NCBI GenBank assembly: GCA_030704615.1 | Contig: CM060733.1 | Span: 62,001-126,000 of the forward strand | DNA length: 64,000 bases | Reading direction: 5' to 3' | From: Takakia lepidozioides | Taxonomy: Eukaryota > Plantae > Bryophyta | Shown: one piece after another, positions 59,267 through 64,000 of the stretch | How the letters are laid out: each line of letters starts with the position of its first letter | How positions within the stretch are numbered: position 1 is the stretch's first letter | Made by a program: the position numbers and the translations under genes | Notes under the pieces: model-generated | Databases searched by the model: none | Seen by the model: only the letters and a program-made list of their open reading frames with translations | Told to the model about the DNA's origin: nothing

Positions 59267-61867
59267 GTGAAGATGCTTTGTGTGACAGGTAGACTGACAG
59301 AGGCTCTACAGACTTTAAACCAAGGAGGCATTTCAGCAGATTCAGATACATATGTCTGTTTCTTGCTTAAGTGCATCAGGATGGAAGGTCTGGAAGCTGG
59401 AAAGCAGATGCACACTCACATTATCCAAAGTGGATTCACGCCAAATGTTTTTCTACTCAACACCCTTGTCAACATGCATGTTAAGTGCGGGAGCATCATG
59501 GATGCTCACCAAGTGTTCAACAGAATGCCTCAACGATCTTTGATCATGTGGAACACGATGCTTGCAGGGTATGCACAGCAGGGGCGTGGTATAGAGGCCT
59601 TGGAGATCTATGATCAAATGATGGGGGAAGGGGTGAAGCCCAACCACATCACATTTGTGTGCCTTTGCAATGCATGTGCAAGCCTGGCAGCTTTGGAAAA
59701 TGGCGAAGATCAGGTCCATGGCGACATTGTTAGAGCTGCAATTGTACCAAGTGTCATTCTGAACAATACCCTCGTGGACATGTATGAAGGGAGTTTTCGA
59801 CAATATGGCTGAATGAGAGTGGTGTCATGGAGGGTGATGATTGCAGGATATGCATAGCAAGGGCGCGGGATGGAGGCTTCGGAGACCTATGAGATATTGA
59901 TGTGCGAAGAGGTGAAGCCCCACCGCATAACGTTTGTTTGCATTTGCAATGCGTGTGCAAGCGTGGTAGCCCTGGAAAGGTGCAAAGAGGTCCATGGTGA
60001 CATCGTCAAAGCTGGATTTGTACCAGATATCATCCTGAACACTGCCTTGTTGGACATGTATGTCAAATGTGAGTGCATCGAGGATGCAAAGGGAGTGTTC
60101 GACAGTATGGCTGAACAAAATGTGGTGTCGTGGAGTGTGATGATTGCAGGATATGCACTGCAAGGGGTGGGATGGAGGCTTTGGAGACCTATGAGCAATT
60201 GATGTGCAAAGGGGTGAAGCCCAACAACATCACATTTGTTTGTGTTTGCAATGCGTGTGCAAACCTGGGAGCTCTGGAAAAGGGGAAAGAGGTCCATGGT
60301 GACATTGTCAAAGCTGGATTTGTACCAGATATCATCCTGAACACTACCCTGGTGGACATGTATGCCAAATGTGGGTGCATTAAGGATGCGAAGGGAGTTT
60401 TCAACACTATGGCTGAACAAGATGTGGTGTCGTGGAACGTGATGCTTGCAGGGTATGCACAACAGGGGCGTGGGTCGATGGAGGCTTTGGAGACCTATGA
60501 GCAAATGATGGGGGAAGGGGTGAAGCCTGAGCACATCACATTTGTGTGCGTTTGCAGTGTGTGTGCAAGCCTGGCAGCCCTGGAAAAGGGCAAAGAGGTG
60601 CACGGTTGCATCGCCAAAGCTGGAATTGTACCAGATGTGATTCTGGACAATACCCTCGTGGACATGTATGCCAAATGTGGGAGCATTGAGGATGCGGAGG
60701 GAGTGTTCAACAGTATGGCTGAACGAGATTTGGTGTCATGGAACGCCATGCTTGCAGGATATGCACAGCAGGGGCGTGGGCGGGAGGACTTGGAGACCTA
60801 TGAGAAAATGATGGGGGAAGGGGTGAAGCGCAACAACATCACATTTGTGTGAGTTTGCAATGCTTGTGCAAGCCTGACAGCCCTGGAAAAGGGCAAAGAG
60901 GTGCATGGCGACATCGTCAGAGCTGGAATTGTACCAAATGTCATTCTGGACACTGCCCTGGTGGACATGTATGCGAAATGTGGGTGCATTGAGGATGCAA
61001 AGGGAGTATTTGACAATGTGGCTGAATAAAATGTGGTGTCGTGGAATGCGATGATCGCAGGATATGCCCAGCATGGTTGTCATAGGGAGGTCCTGCAACT
61101 ATTTGAAGGAATGCAAAAGAATGGCTTGAAGTCGGACAATATCACCTTTATATGTGTTCTCTCTGCATGCAGCCACACTGGCCTACTGAATGAAGGAAGA
61201 CGCTATTTCGATTCCCTGAGTCAAGATCATGGTATCACCCCGCCAGTATAGCACTTTGGCTGCATGGTGGACCTTCTGGATGAGCGGGACAAGTACATGA
61301 GGCAGTGGACCTGATTAATAAAATTCCAATCAATCCAGATGTTGTGGTGTGGAAGGCCTTGCTTGGTGCCTGCAGAATCCATGGCAATGTCGAGATGGCT
61401 GAATGTGTGGCAACATCTATCCTCAAGTGGGATGAGCAGGATGCTGCGACTTATATATTGCTATATCAAACATCTATGCTGCAGCTGGCAGGTGGGATGA
61501 TACTGCAAAGGTGAGAAGAATCATGAAGGTTAGAGGGGTTAGAAAGGAGCCAGATGACAAGTTGCATCCCAGAATGAAGGAAATCCATGCTGAGCTAAGA
61601 AAGATTGTCTGGGCAGATGAAGGAGGTGGGGTATGTGCCTTGGCACACGTTTTTTATTGCATGATGTGGAGGAAAGGAATTTTCTCTTTGCCACCAAGGC
61701 CATTGGTTTTGGGCTGATCAGCACGACTCGTCAAGAATCTTCGAGTTTGGAGACTGCCACACCTCCACCAAATTCAAAGATTGTTGGCCGAGCAATTGTT
61801 GTATGGGACGCTAACTATTTTCCACCACTTTGAAGATAGGATTTTTTCTTGTGGTGATTACTGGTGA
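59267..61867 (+). pseudogene. PLS-class pentatricopeptide repeat gene with E/E+/DYW domains (organellar C-to-U editing factor type), degenerate; true start may lie near 58990
   Basis: Repeated LVDMYAKCG.I.DA..VF..M...DVVSWN.M..GYAQ.G triplets; FICVLSACSHTGL; VVWKALLGACRIHGN; terminal FSCGDYW-stop. In-frame stops, frameshifts and deletions are present. Confidence 0.92.
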
Positions 61868-61885
61868 AAGGATGTTTTCTTGGAA

Positions 61886-62046
61886 AGATGCTAGTGTCTT
61901 GCTTCAATCATTGATCCGTGTAGCTACTCAGACCATCCACCATTTCCTGAGAGTACTGACCATCATGTACTGTTGAGTGCAAGATGCAAGTGTCTCGCTT
62001 CATTCATTGATCTGTGTAGCTACTCAGACCATCCACCATTTCCTGA
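61886..62046 (+). repeat. ~64-bp direct repeat pair
   Basis: AAGATGC.AGTGTCT.GCTTCA.TCATTGATC.GTGTAGCTACTCAGACCATCCACCATTTCCTGA at ~61886 and ~61981. Confidence 0.8.
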
Positions 62047-62869
62047 TAGTGGGGTCTACCCGGCATAGGTGGGAAGTCAGCCCACAATTGCACTTGACTG
62101 AAGGGGTGATTTTTGACTGATTCTGGCGACAGTGGATGGAAATCAGAGTGCTGTCCTAATTCTGGGTTTGGGTGGTGGAGCTTCTCCAAAGCTTGAAGAT
62201 GGAAGTGAATACGAATTTTAAAGAGCTTGATGAGAGGGGCAACCCTGTGCACAAGTTTGTTCAGCATCTTAAAAATAGACATGTTTGTTTGTTTCTCGTG
62301 GTGTGGCTTTGGAGCCATTGACGAACTTGCATGAATATTGTCAAAAGCTAGCCTTAACCCACCAAGATCCAATCCCATGGTGGATGCTTGAAAGTTCATA
62401 TAGTGAATGTAAGGGTATTTGGGTATGTTGTTATTGGTTGATGCGGCTTGTGAAAATTGAACATTGAAATGCAGATCCGCCAATTTTCTTCCAGAAAAAA
62501 ACAAAACACGGGATCTCTGCATGTAACACCGTGGGGATGACCCACCTTTTTTGTGAAAAATTGAACGTAGTTCTCAGAATTCGTCGCTAGTAGTGCGGAG
62601 CAACGCGAAGCCCTAGTATAAATAAATATATATATTTAGATTGCTTTTGTGATACATAGATGTAGCGTAGGTGTGTTGGTTAGTCTGTAGTGTCTTAGAA
62701 ATGTTATAACGTGGAGGTCTTAGGTTCAAGTATGCATTGCATGATATATGTAGAACAATGAACATATCGCCATTAGATAGAACCAGAGTCAATGGTCAAC
62801 GCCGGAGTCAATGGTCAACAAGTTTTTGAAATTCAATTTTTCCCGCCTAAATTCAAATGTACCCCCTTA

Positions 62870-63068
62870 AATTGCGACGTCCGGGCGTCGCACTTTGCGA
62901 CCCCCGGACGGTGCTAATTCTGCATTGCAGGGTAAGTGTTTTTTTTGTTTTTGTTTTTGCGACGTCCGGGCGTCGCAAATTTGGTTCTTCCCCCCTGCCC
63001 GAAAAGGGCTATTTTACGACGCCGCGGCGTGGCTGCAGCGTCGAAAACACCCCTTTTTTCCTGTAGTG
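62870..63068 (-). mobile_element. Isolated CACTA terminus of a related family
   Basis: Ends CCTTTTTTCCTGTAGTG (CACTACAGGAAAAAAGG on the minus strand), with TGCGACGTCCGGGCGTCGCA subterminal repeats. No partner end was identified. Confidence 0.75.
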
Positions 63069-63500
63069 ATGAGGATGATAGGAGGGGTAAATGGTCCCTT
63101 CATCTCAGCCCAGACGAGGACAAAGTCTGGATTGAAGGAAAGGCCTTGTCTGCTACCTCTTTAGTCTCAAGGAGTATGGAGAAAAATCCTCTCCCCTGGC
63201 GTGACATAAATGTTGTTTTAGATCACCCGAGCCTCCAAGGTGACTTATTGCCCAATCCCTCATATGTGCCCTGTCCACCTTTTTGCCAGGGAAATGTAAT
63301 AGAACCCTTCTGTCTTCAATGTCCGAGACTCTGTTGTTGAGTCTAACAAAGTCTACCTTGATGGTGGGGTGTTCTTTGCTCATTACCAGTTGAATTGCCG
63401 AGACTTCCTCCAAGCGTTCTGGGTTATTTCCCACCATTTCTTCCATTGGCAGGTTGCCTTGAGCGTTGTCTTGCAGGCTTTGAAAAGCTTTTGTTGGTGG
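63069..63500 (-). mobile_element. L1-like LINE ORF1 fragment (DUF4283-like), cut at the CACTA terminus
   Basis: RVLLHFPGKKVDRAHMRDWA...(frameshift) RQGRGFFSILLETKE resembles the plant L1 ORF1 RRM-like domain. Confidence 0.5.
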
Positions 63501-64000
63501 AGGGACAGCGCATGCACGTGAGCTGAGGACTGGCGAGATGGAATGGTGCTATCTAGGAGCCTGCATGCTTCTTTGCCCTTGATACCTGGATTGAGCCAAT
63601 TGATCCTTCGTGATGACTATTTTGCAGGCATGCGACGAGGAAGTAGGATTTGCGTGCAAGTAGGAGACAAGCGCGGGAACGGAGACAATGGGGGATTAGA
63701 AATGAACGAAGCGAGGCGAGGTTGGAACGAGCTGCTAGGGGTGACGGCTGCTTAAGGACTGCAGGGGCATGATCGTAGGCTTGGGGTGTGGCTTCCAAGG
63801 GAGGAAATCATAGGGAAGTTAGTTGCATGATGGTTGAGCTTAATTGACTGTGCAACCTTCAATATTGAAGTAAAGGCTGTAGAGCCTGTCGGGGAAGGAT
63901 GTAGGATGAATTAAAAACAAGGAAGGAACATTTTCCATAGAGGAAGAAGACTCAGCTGAGTTTGGAGGACATGCAAATCGATCAAGTTTACCTTTTTCCA

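Noticed and set aside
62004-62522. 172-aa minus-strand ORF
   Set aside because: No recognisable domain, and it overlaps a local direct repeat; insufficient support.

Overview
Repeat-dense land-plant nuclear DNA. A non-seed plant is likely, inferred from the PLS-DYW PPR style and the TE lineages. The window is almost entirely nested transposons. (1) 1-11443: a non-chromoviral Ty3/Gypsy retroelement with a long extra 3' ORF, inserted in a ~3.48-kb tandem duplication. (2) 16172-37670: a giant Mutator-like (MULE) element in the second copy of that duplication. It has a GCM-like zinc-finger DDE transposase, a divergently transcribed multi-exon gene with a ParB/Srx-like motif and a beta-class N4C/N6A DNA-methyltransferase-like domain, two arrays of a 22-bp palindrome (one phased at 53 bp), and a head-to-head pair of paralogous unknown genes centred on that palindrome. 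(3) A chromodomain Gypsy element in two opposite-orientation copies, one nested in the MULE and one in the CACTA element. (4) 44019-58915: a CACTA/En-Spm element carrying a SET-domain ORF. (5) LINE fragments, a likely host-gene 5' end, a degenerate PLS-DYW PPR gene and a further CACTA terminus. The best candidate for an undescribed system is the MULE cargo module (ParB-like/MTase-like protein plus phased palindromes); the SET-carrying CACTA is a parallel case. All domain calls come from motif recognition by eye, with no database search. Many single-base frameshifts could be decay or long-read assembly error.
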